Below, piece by piece: positions 56,201 to 64,000 of a DNA stretch of 64,000 nucleotides. This stretch comes from a virus (lineage: Duplodnaviria > Caudoviricetes). Each line of letters begins with the position of its first letter. Position 1 is the first letter of the stretch. The translations under genes and the position numbers were made by a program. The notes beneath the pieces were generated by a model, which saw only the letters and a list, made by a program, of their open reading frames with translations, was not told the origin of the DNA and ran no database searches. Where the stretch lies: the IMG/VR virus record IMGVR_UViG_641509473_000001, positions 1 through 64,000 of that record. One strand, written 5' to 3'.

Positions 56201-59200
56201 TCCTCGGCCTATCGGAAAAGCTAGCCCAGGATTTGGAAACCTCTATAGACTTTCCCAAGTTGGCCGAAGCCATTCGCGCGTACAACCAAGCGTATTCGTC
56301 TGGAAATGAAGAGCAGGTAGCGAAGGCCAGGGCCGAGCTAGTGAAGGTGCTTAACGACCCGACCGTTCAAAAGTTCTCCCTGAGCAACCTGCTTTACCAA
56401 ATCATCACCGACCGGAAGAAGCGGGACTACAGCTTGCGGGTGCGTACCGAAAGCGGAAAGACGTACGAGTACCGAAACCTGTACGCGGTGCTTAACCGCT
56501 TGATGCAGAACCTTCCCGTAGAAGAAGTGGCCGATACGGTTTATGACGCTTCTGGACAGGCCGTAGAGGAAAGGGTTCCGCTAAAGCAAAGCGCTACAAG
56601 GTCGTTGGTGAAGGGGCTCTTGGACCTTGCTTCCGGTAAGGTGAAGGAGGACCCGGATGGCACCGTGGCCGAAGACTTGGCGGACCTTCCCGTATTCGGC
56701 GAGCTAGAACAGCTATACGGTTTAGTAGCCGACGCGAAATACGACCCTAGTAGCTTGAAGTCGGCTCTTGTCAAGCCGAACAAGCCGCAAGGTTCTTACG
56801 CTGAGATTACGACCCTCCTGTACCGGGGCATAGCTAACCAAGAGGGCTTGGCGGAAACCAACTTGCCTAGGGACGAGGTGGCTAGGCGCACCGCGGACCT
56901 TTTGGCGAAGATTGCCGACCTAAAGAGGGCGGTAGCTCTTGGTGAGCTTAGAGGGTACGAACACCTCAGCCGTCAAGAGCGCGAAGAAGTCCAAAAGTAC
57001 TACCTACGGATGCTTGAAGAGCAGGAAACGCTAGTCAAGCAGTCCTATAAAGAGCTTGTAGGCGGTACTTTGCGCTCCAAGCTTCTAGAAAGCGGGTTTA
57101 GGGAAAATCTTACCCAAGCCTTGGCCGGGACTAAGGTTTCCGAGAAGAATCTGCCGGAATACGTAGAGCGCCTTATCGGACGCATAACGGCGCCTGAAAC
57201 GGACGCGGAGCTTAGCGGCAGGCTACAGCGCGCCCGCAAGAACCAGCGCTTGGGGGTGCTCAACAAAGCGCTAGCGGAAATCTTTAGCGATAAAGACCTT
57301 GGCGTTGGGGAAGCCCAAGCCAAGAAGGTTTTAGAAGTTCTTCGCAAAGCGGATTTGCTTGACCCTAGCTTGGCCCTCAAATCCGGGGGCATGCTGTCGG
57401 CGGCCATCCTCCCTGTGAGCCGCCTCTCTACCTACCTAGACCTTGTTCAGCCGCCGGTAGCGGAGATACCTGAAGGTATTCGCAATCCAGAGCTCCGCTC
57501 CTTGCTTGAAAGGCTCAGGGGCGTGTCCAGCCACAAGTTCTGGAGCGAGCACCAGACCTACGGCGCCTTGGTGGACCGCTTGGCCGAGCTTCTTGGCGAA
57601 GACACGGAGGAAACTAAGCTCGCCAGCCGCTACGTAGCCGAAGCGTTCCTAGGCGCCGACGTGGCCTACCGCGTCCTCCCCCCCACGCACTTGGGCGAAC
57701 TGCTCCAGCGTGAAGTGGCCATCAAGGGTCAGCGCGGTAAGGCCGTCAAAGCGCTTCTTGGCGACAAAGCGCCTACGCTAGGCAACTTCTTCCAGACGGT
57801 GTACAAACCGCTCTGGGAGACGTTGGGGAACCTGTTGCCCGTAATGGGCCTTGTGAAGCGCGATGGCCGGGTTACCAACGTGGGCTACGAAGCCTTAGGC
57901 CCGGCGTTGCTCATGCCGGAAAGCCTAGTAAAAGGGGATACGCTAGCTTACGCTGACATACTGGCCAAATACGTTCCTGACCTAGAAAAGGCGCAAGCCA
58001 AGTTTGGAAAGCGCGGCGGAGTATTGCTTGAGCGTGTAGCTACGGGATACCTGGACGAGCGCGGGAAGTTTGTGGAAAGCGAGGAGCGGCGCGAGCTAGC
58101 CAAGTACCGCTTAGTAGTTCAGGGGGTGAACCTCGGCAAGCGGGCGGAGAGCATCACCGCCCTTCTCACCGCCGCGGTCAACCGGGTGCTTCCCGCTTCC
58201 GCTACCGTGGACAACCTAACCCCGGTGGCCCGCTTCAACCGCGAGTTGGAGCGCACCCTGCTTCAGGCCATACAGGAGGCGGTGGAGGAGCCTACCAACC
58301 TAGGCGAAGCCAAGGCGTTGGAGGCTCTAGAGGAAGCCGTGAACCAGGTGCACCAGGCCGTGGCCGAGGAGGTGAAGGACCCCGCGGTCAAAGCCGCCCT
58401 AGAAGAGGCCAAGGAGCGAGTTTTGGAGGCGCTCAAGGCCGAAGCCGAGGCCAAAGAGCCCTCCGAGCTGGAAGAGGTCAAGGAGAAGGCCAGGGAGCTT
58501 CAGGAAGCTAAGGAGAAGAACCGCGAGCGCATCCGTAGCGCCGTGGCCCGGCTGAAAGCGGGCGAGGCCAAGCTCCAGCGCATCCAGGCGCTTAAAGAGA
58601 GGCAGGACCACATCACCGGGCGCGAGCCCGTAGACGAGAAGACCCTGGAAGCTCAAGCCGCCTTCGCCGCTAGGTACGCCACCGAGGCGGTGGAGCGCGG
58701 GCAGTACGACGCCGCCGAACAGATTTTGGAGTCCATGAAGGCCAACCCCACGGTCAACGCCAAGGCCGTAGAGGAAGCGCAACGCGTGGTGCGCAATCTG
58801 GCTTCCGCCTCTGGCGGGGGCGGCGGGGACCGTCCACCTTCCAAGCCTCCGGCTCCTCCTCCGCCTCCAGAACCTGAGGACGAGGAGCGCAAGCGTAAAG
58901 AGCGCAAGGTGGTCTACTGGCCTTCCGTCTTCTTCACCGAAAAAGAACGGCAAGCGCTTTTTGGTACGCCAGAAAAACCAAAAGACTTCTCTTGGAGCGT
59001 GTACCGCGGCCTTGTGCGCAACCAGGCCGAGGAAGAGCTCTTCCGAGCGATTTACCTCAACTCTCAACGCGGCCAGTCCTCTAAGCTCGGTTTTTACGAC
59101 TTTGTCGTGGAATACCCGGAGGTGGCCAACGCGTTCTTCGGTCCTCTACGCTCCTTCGCTGGTCGTGAAACCGTATTGCCGGAAAAGTACTTAGCGAGCT

Positions 59201-62200
59201 TAGCCGAACAGTTCGACAACATCCTCTCGGCCTACGAAGCCGGGGATATGGACACCCTAACCAACCTGGTGGAAGACCTGAACATTAGCGTCAAACGAAT
59301 GGAGAACGCGAGCAAGATTTTGGCCGACCTCCGCGAGTTCAAGCGCACAGGGGCTCTTCCCCACGGCAGGAACCTACACACGGCTTCCAGAGACGCCCTC
59401 TACTACCGCCGTCTGATGAGCCTTGGTGGTAAGGAGCTTGAGCGGGCGGTGGAGGAGGGCGACCTGGACACCGTGCTCAAGGTGGCCGACCGGGCAAGGC
59501 ACGTGGAAGAGCGCATCAAGCTAGTGCAGAACGCCATCTCCAACTCCTTGGCCTTCATGCTTTCCAGCACGGTCATGGGCCTATTCGGCACCATTCAGCA
59601 GGAGTTCGTCAAGATTGACCGTCAGGCCAAGGCCGTGGCCGCGCTGGCCAACATGACTGGAAAAGAGGGAATCGGTAAGGGACTCTCTCAAGTGGCCAAT
59701 GCTTTGAACGTGGCTCAGGAGGAGCTCACCCAGGCCCTGGTAGCCCTGAGCAAGGAAGGACATGACCCGGAGAAGGCCCGCGAGACCTTTGCCCGGCTCA
59801 AGGGGGTGCTGGACGCCACCGGCGAGGGAATGAACGAGCTGGTTCAGCTCTACAAGGAGCTGGACCGGGTAGGGGTGGAGTCCAAAGACGCGCTCATAAA
59901 GAGCGTGGTCAAGGAGCGGGTCTATCTTGGCGAGGCCGCCGAGGTGGTGAGCAAGCTCAACCTGAAGCCTGGAGAAGTAAAGGCTTCCGACCTGGACGAA
60001 CTGATTGTGGCCGCGAGCCGCTACTACCGCTCTGGGGTGCCCCTAGTCCTACCGGAGAGGGGCGAGGAGCGTAGAAAGCGCTTAGAAGAACTGGTTAAGG
60101 AAGGCCGGGCCATCGCGGCAAGCACCCCCGACGCCAAGACCGCCCTAGAGCCCACGGCCATGGAAAGGCTCTTGAAGCAGGCGGAGCGCACCATGCGGGC
60201 GGTGATTGAGGCCGCCAAACCCGCTCTAGCCGTTATTGGAAGCTTCCTCATGGCCTTGCTCAAGGTGTTGGAGGGCGTGGCGTACGTGCTTAGCACCCCC
60301 TTGGGCAAGGTGGCGGTGGTGGCGGGAACCATCTACGCCACCCTCCTCGCCATCATGCAAATCCAGAAGACCTTCCAGGTGGCGGAGTGGGTGAAGAGCC
60401 TGATGGTGGGCCTGCAGGAGCTAAACGCGGAGCTGGTGAGCTTCCTGAAGAACCTGGTGCGGGCCTTCACCGACGGGACCTTCGCCGAAGGGCTCAAGAA
60501 CGGGCCTTTCGGCTCCCTGGTGCAGACCCTGCTGGGGAGCCTCGAGGCCGTGTTCAACCACCCCAAGCTCCGCGAGTTTGGCGCGGCGTTAGAGAGGGTG
60601 GTGAAGGGCGCCTTTGAGCGCATCAAGGTTGGCGCGGGAAGCGTGGCCGACCTCTTGCGCCGCGTTATCTTGGGCGACCGCGAAATCCCCATCGGGTTTG
60701 TGGACCCAAGCTCGGCCCGTATGGCGGAGCTTGTTCGCAAGCATGGTTGGAAAGGCGTGGTTACCGGCGCTTTGCCCATCCTCGGCGTGTTGGGAGCCGG
60801 GGCGTACCAGATGGCCCACGCCGGGGACATGAACCCCTTCCAGCACCTCTTGGCCACGGCGGGCAACGCCCTCATGTTCGCCTCCATGTTCCTACCCGGT
60901 GGGGTCTTGGTGCGCGGCCTTACCTTGCCCTTGCGGGCCTTGGCCGGAGCGGCGGGCGCGGGGCTTGCCTTTGGCGTGCCCTTCTTGGCCGAAAGGACCA
61001 AGCGCGCTAGGGAAAGCGCCGAAGCCGATAAGGAGTTCAACCGGGCGTTGTCCATCGCGGGAGGACCGGAAGCCTTGGCCAAGGCCGTGGCGGGCGAGCT
61101 CACCCCGGCTTTGGAAAAGGCCGGATACAACGCGGAAAACCTAGGTCAAATCCTGGACGCCGCCATGACCAAGGGAAGCGCCAAGGTGAAGAACGCGGCC
61201 CGCGAGGTCAAGGCTATGGCCGATAGCCTGGTGGGCGTGCGTCGGGTGATGGACGGCCTAGAGGAGCGCTCGCGTAAGTATGTTCAGGAATACGCTTCCT
61301 ACTTCCGCTTCGCCGGGTCCAACGCGTTCACCACGCTAACCGACGAGCAGTTGGAAGTCTTCAACCGCCTATTCACCACCGAGCTAACCCAAGAGCCCGC
61401 ATACCGGGTCTTGACCAAAGGGCTCAACCTCCGCCTGCAGGCCAAGATAGTTGAGCTATTCCAACAGAACTTCATAGAAGGACCTTTGGGGTTTATGGCA
61501 AGAGGTTTAGGCATAGACCAAGGCAAGCTACTGTACGAAGTGGCCAAAGTGCGCGAAGAAGCCCGCCAGTTTAGCATGGTGGACCAGGGCTACTTCCCGG
61601 AGCTCTTCAAGTCCGCTAGCTTGGACTACTACACCGGGAAGGGTCTGGACTACAACCTGAAGAACGCCCTGATGGTGGAGCTCCTGAGCGGGCTTCGCGG
61701 GGCCACGCTTGGCGAAACGCTTAAGCGCACCCAAAGCGCCCTTGGCTTGGTGGGGGCTAGCACCGGATTCGCTATCGGCACGGCCATTCTTCCCGGTGCC
61801 GGTAGCTTCCTGGGAGCCTTGCTTGGCTACCTGCTTAGCCAGTTCGCTAGCCCTTACGTAGCGGGCTTGGCTCAGAGGTACGGCAACCTGAACGTGGTGC
61901 GGCCCACGGGCTATCCATCCGCCTCCCTTAGGGCCGCGCTCTCCGTGGCCGGGGCTAGCGCTCAGGTAGAGGCCGACCTGGTGGACGCTTTGAAGACCGA
62001 CGGGGTAAAGAGGGCGGAAGCGGTATTCACCAGGGGCCTTTCCGCCTTCCGGGGCAAGGAGAGGGTGAAAGCCCGCCAAGCGGTGGAAGAGGCGGTCAAA
62101 GAGCTTAACGAATACGTGAGCACCGTGCAGAGCGGCCTGGTCAAGCAGTACACCCTCCAGGCCCTAGGCTTTGACTTCAAGGCCCGGCTTGAAGGCGGAC

Positions 62201-64000
62201 AGGCGTACATGAGCCTTGGGGGTCTTGGTACCCGCCGGATACGCTCCCAGCTTCCTGAGCTGGAGGCCCAGTACCGCGCCGAGCTAGAGAAGCTTAACAT
62301 TCTAGAAGCCGGGTTTAGTAAGTACCTCACCTTCACCCGCACAGACTCTGGGGTGGAGGTGCGCATACGGGAAGGGCAGGAACTTAACCCCATCGCGCAA
62401 GCGGCTTTCGCCCGCGCGGTGGAAGAGGTCAAGGACTTTGGTCTCAACCTCGCCAAGCTAAACGACCAGCTCAAGCAGGTGCGCTTTGCCGAGCTCTTAG
62501 AGCAAATCGCCATCAAGGCCGAAGAGGCGTTCGTGCGCCGGATTGGCCAGATTGGCCAAGGCGCGGAGCTGGTGGCCGGTAAGCTCGCGATGCCGGAAAG
62601 CCCCTTCAACGCCTTCCTCAACCGCCTGGTGCAGAATAACCTTAGGGACACCGGGCTCTTCGGGGACACCCGCGGCGGCCTTGCTTCGCCGCAAGGCTTC
62701 AACCCGACCTCCGTGTTCGGCGGTAAGGTTACCCAGAAGCCTGGAGAAAAGCTTACCAACCCCAACGGCCACCGGGGGTACGACATCGCCCTGCCCGCGG
62801 GCTCGCCCGTGCGCTGGGGCAATGTTGAAGGCAAGGTGCTCCAGGTGGGCTACGAGGAGAAGGGCTACGGGAACTACGTGGCCGTCCAGGCCCCGGATGG
62901 GAGCGTTCACATCTTCGCTCACCTGCAGGAGCTTCCCAAGCTAAAGCCGGGGAGCGTGGTGAAGCCTGGTCAAGTGCTAGGCAAGTCTGGAAGCACGGGT
63001 AAGTCCACCGGGCCGCACCTGCACTACGAAATCCTCTCCCCCAACCGGGTGCCCGTGCGGGACGAGGCGGCTTTCCAGACATACGCTAGCCGCGTGTACG
63101 GCCAGAACGCCCTAAGCGTTCCCGCCTCGGAGTTCCTGCTAGACGAGAAGACCCTGAAGGAAGCCGAGCTCGCGTGGCGGAAGGTGATGGCGCCCTACTT
63201 CGCCGCCCCGTACGGCACCAGCGTGGAAAAGCGGCAGGAGCTTCTCAACCGGGCGGTTCAGGCGGCCCAGCAAGACGCCGCCATCCGCAAGGCGGCCCTC
63301 ACCGCCTTCCAGCAGGTGTACGAGCGGGCGCCTAAGAAGGGCGAGCTGGAAGCCTTCGTGCGCAAGGTGATTTACCTGAGCGCCGAAGGGCGGGACCTGG
63401 ACAACGCCCTAATCCTCGCCTTGGGCGAAGCCCAGGCTAGGGAGCGGGAAACGGCTATGGAGAAGGGCACGGTGCGGCTTGAGCGGGAGCTTTACGCCCC
63501 CGACAAGACCATCACCACCTTCCGCTTCCAGCGGGAGCAGGCGGAGAAGGAGTTTGAAGAGGCCAGGCTACGCGCCAAGACGGAGATGGAGACCGCCTTG
63601 GCCCAGCTGGACGCCCGCTACAAGACGGACCAGCGCCCGGTGGACCTAGCCTACCGCTCCGAACGCCAGCGCATTCTGGACCGCTACAAGACCGAGGTAG
63701 CTAGGCTTCAGCAAAACCTAGACGTCAAGCTAGCGGAGATTGCGTACAACGAACTGGTCTACCGGCTTGAAAGGGAAACGGCCCTCATCCGCAACGAACG
63801 GGAGCGCATCACCCGCCAGCTCAACGCGCTCAAAGCTTACCGGGAGCAGAACTGGAACAAGCTCAAGGCCAACACCAACGCCGAGCTAAACAAGCGGATT
63901 GAAGAGCTAGAGCTCCAACTGGCCATGATGGGGCCGGACTTCAGCGCTTTGCGTGAAGCCGAGGTCCGGGCCAACCTAGCCCAGATGCTCACCGGGCTAA
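53287..64000 (+). CDS. Giant tail tape measure protein with N-terminal virion RNA polymerase and internal M23 peptidase (3' truncated by window)
   Basis: ATG 53287; the track lists no closed ORF in this frame and the frame is open at 64000 (>3570 codons). GDG (54808), QVR (54877), GLKG (54922), FRNP (55504), DFDGD (55621); TMP-like helical core and hydrophobic segments 59.5-61.9 kb; HRGYD (62770) and HLH (63016). Confidence 0.92.
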   Translation, partial: MDLERYAIVVSAAVEADELVLDLDKSTLEELEAKLNQELAGTDQVGEQAGKELAEGLERGAVEGLDVRQVLAKLKAALKGEVRELATEEVKALRAAIQHALGVELDDNAKRQLAESAKLLDRIIESATRNQSLTVKLRFDADRSALLTAERLADAYLNRIREALKQDKSSPLYQAFSALAKGTGEKLSPDEAKFRAGLFADVRDRFLALLKQDLQSYIADQLKRGHAVGDIKLPDTQAILSEAGLPTLKQALLLSRAVDLDANNRAKLAKDLGQFMPEVAQVLKAPEKGASWEEINAVVREAKKAIHDAEEARRVALSLRSVTKEGNKPFAQQTGRFHTIELQEEGSPDEFQELLRLQASTQGHVDETTLARLVVQKRATKAILKKLLETADRPEEQAVWRAAIERLVIGNTAYDLKDDESFAKLIELAKKHPLEKVVKNVREVQFSEKVTLSDKYAFVPASNQGRIFLSHLRRENIYRTPTQRPLSLKVAEEGEGVRLKEMEEKALGDGALGILRPQSLGLPEDYTGVVQVRGELADPEGNVYAGLKGTVIVDPRAKEDFLNLNDLYRGDTVVDGKKYTKEEVDALIREKLKTGALQLNLGIHRVSTVEEAKVGKQVFLRHMGGVPFNRGRISPSEAAKWAAQAKELKFLPMIAGREMGLSHYQQIATLAKTFGVEVDEGQYSMAASHTAYKELDPEIYRLLEEGVELDAEGRPIVPIVIGKEMAAKLGLKEGDIAFTFRNPVMGHGGALLQARVAAIRDRLNAVVVNQEYAKSTGVDFDGDTLVVLPKGLPVDPHRLEVFQTLMAHAGLAGGRKGGGSVEPSPGELRFKEQLEVYDKVLARLSKSRLAAELRNAGVEDLSNPFEVVRQLESLGEEELLKAFKGYLRKGFAKELGLDLKSEEDRARLNQYLFEGFLDYRKQFQDPRRVYKKLPLMPSAALAASLLQVEAHKKEYDPSDPVALAAGQLTTSFLGLSEKLAQDLETSIDFPKLAEAIRAYNQAYSSGNEEQVAKARAELVKVLNDPTVQKFSLSNLLYQIITDRKKRDYSLRVRTESGKTYEYRNLYAVLNRLMQNLPVEEVADTVYDASGQAVEERVPLKQSATRSLVKGLLDLASGKVKEDPDGTVAEDLADLPVFGELEQLYGLVADAKYDPSSLKSALVKPNKPQGSYAEITTLLYRGIANQEGLAETNLPRDEVARRTADLLAKIADLKRAVALGELRGYEHLSRQEREEVQKYYLRMLEEQETLVKQSYKELVGGTLRSKLLESGFRENLTQALAGTKVSEKNLPEYVERLIGRITAPETDAELSGRLQRARKNQRLGVLNKALAEIFSDKDLGVGEAQAKKVLEVLRKADLLDPSLALKSGGMLSAAILPVSRLSTYLDLVQPPVAEIPEGIRNPELRSLLERLRGVSSHKFWSEHQTYGALVDRLAELLGEDTEETKLASRYVAEAFLGADVAYRVLPPTHLGELLQREVAIKGQRGKAVKALLGDKAPTLGNFFQTVYKPLWETLGNLLPVMGLVKRDGRVTNVGYEALGPALLMPESLVKGDTLAYADILAKYVPDLEKAQAKFGKRGGVLLERVATGYLDERGKFVESEERRELAKYRLVVQGVNLGKRAESITALLTAAVNRVLPASATVDNLTPVARFNRELERTLLQAIQEAVEEPTNLGEAKALEALEEAVNQVHQAVAEEVKDPAVKAALEEAKERVLEALKAEAEAKEPSELEEVKEKARELQEAKEKNRERIRSAVARLKAGEAKLQRIQALKERQDHITGREPVDEKTLEAQAAFAARYATEAVERGQYDAAEQILESMKANPTVNAKAVEEAQRVVRNLASASGGGGGDRPPSKPPAPPPPPEPEDEERKRKERKVVYWPSVFFTEKERQALFGTPEKPKDFSWSVYRGLVRNQAEEELFRAIYLNSQRGQSSKLGFYDFVVEYPEVANAFFGPLRSFAGRETVLPEKYLASLAEQFDNILSAYEAGDMDTLTNLVEDLNISVKRMENASKILADLREFKRTGALPHGRNLHTASRDALYYRRLMSLGGKELERAVEEGDLDTVLKVADRARHVEERIKLVQNAISNSLAFMLSSTVMGLFGTIQQEFVKIDRQAKAVAALANMTGKEGIGKGLSQVANALNVAQEELTQALVALSKEGHDPEKARETFARLKGVLDATGEGMNELVQLYKELDRVGVESKDALIKSVVKERVYLGEAAEVVSKLNLKPGEVKASDLDELIVAASRYYRSGVPLVLPERGEERRKRLEELVKEGRAIAASTPDAKTALEPTAMERLLKQAERTMRAVIEAAKPALAVIGSFLMALLKVLEGVAYVLSTPLGKVAVVAGTIYATLLAIMQIQKTFQVAEWVKSLMVGLQELNAELVSFLKNLVRAFTDGTFAEGLKNGPFGSLVQTLLGSLEAVFNHPKLREFGAALERVVKGAFERIKVGAGSVADLLRRVILGDREIPIGFVDPSSARMAELVRKHGWKGVVTGALPILGVLGAGAYQMAHAGDMNPFQHLLATAGNALMFASMFLPGGVLVRGLTLPLRALAGAAGAGLAFGVPFLAERTKRARESAEADKEFNRALSIAGGPEALAKAVAGELTPALEKAGYNAENLGQILDAAMTKGSAKVKNAAREVKAMADSLVGVRRVMDGLEERSRKYVQEYASYFRFAGSNAFTTLTDEQLEVFNRLFTTELTQEPAYRVLTKGLNLRLQAKIVELFQQNFIEGPLGFMARGLGIDQGKLLYEVAKVREEARQFSMVDQGYFPELFKSASLDYYTGKGLDYNLKNALMVELLSGLRGATLGETLKRTQSALGLVGASTGFAIGTAILPGAGSFLGALLGYLLSQFASPYVAGLAQRYGNLNVVRPTGYPSASLRAALSVAGASAQVEADLVDALKTDGVKRAEAVFTRGLSAFRGKERVKARQAVEEAVKELNEYVSTVQSGLVKQYTLQALGFDFKARLEGGQAYMSLGGLGTRRIRSQLPELEAQYRAELEKLNILEAGFSKYLTFTRTDSGVEVRIREGQELNPIAQAAFARAVEEVKDFGLNLAKLNDQLKQVRFAELLEQIAIKAEEAFVRRIGQIGQGAELVAGKLAMPESPFNAFLNRLVQNNLRDTGLFGDTRGGLASPQGFNPTSVFGGKVTQKPGEKLTNPNGHRGYDIALPAGSPVRWGNVEGKVLQVGYEEKGYGNYVAVQAPDGSVHIFAHLQELPKLKPGSVVKPGQVLGKSGSTGKSTGPHLHYEILSPNRVPVRDEAAFQTYASRVYGQNALSVPASEFLLDEKTLKEAELAWRKVMAPYFAAPYGTSVEKRQELLNRAVQAAQQDAAIRKAALTAFQQVYERAPKKGELEAFVRKVIYLSAEGRDLDNALILALGEAQARERETAMEKGTVRLERELYAPDKTITTFRFQREQAEKEFEEARLRAKTEMETALAQLDARYKTDQRPVDLAYRSERQRILDRYKTEVARLQQNLDVKLAEIAYNELVYRLERETALIRNERERITRQLNALKAYREQNWNKLKANTNAELNKRIEELELQLAMMGPDFSALREAEVRANLAQMLTGL

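Noticed and set aside
56767-56775. CTTGTCAAG dyad inside the tape measure gene
   Set aside because: Explained by Leu-Val-Lys codons; no intergenic context

Overview
This window is about 64 kb of a long-tailed Thermus siphovirus genome. The decoration protein, major capsid protein, portal, terminase, gp39 and gp76 sequences match my recollection of phage P23-45 (Oshimavirus, a P74-26/G20c relative); no database search was run. Layout: (i) 1-32.3 kb is a leftward replication and nucleotide-metabolism region (family A DNA polymerase, class II RNR, C5 methylase, ThyX, dNMP kinase, dUTPase, dCTP deaminase, AEP primase, Hjc resolvase, SSB, DnaB, Rad52-like annealase, AAA+/vWA pair, antiterminator gp39). 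It contains one rightward tyrosine integrase sitting behind the 3' half of a tRNA-Lys(CUU), an attP-like arrangement. (ii) 32.4-41.8 kb is a leftward early region built from single-gene cassettes (hairpin/U-tract, then TTATTCCTTT-ATG leaderless start). It includes a two-barrel non-virion RNA polymerase, the host-RNAP inhibitor gp76 and a purine mirror-repeat (triplex) tract. (iii) 42-64 kb is the rightward late region, ending in a giant tape measure ORF (>3570 codons, missing from the ORF track because it runs off the window). That ORF carries an N-terminal RNA polymerase paralogous to the non-virion enzyme and an internal M23 peptidase. The most striking system is this two-polymerase cascade with the polymerase fused to the tail tape measure, which I recall has been reported for P23-45. 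Less expected signals are the tRNA-Lys attP/integrase unit and a GTRC-N5-GTAY box in seven consecutive cassette junctions.
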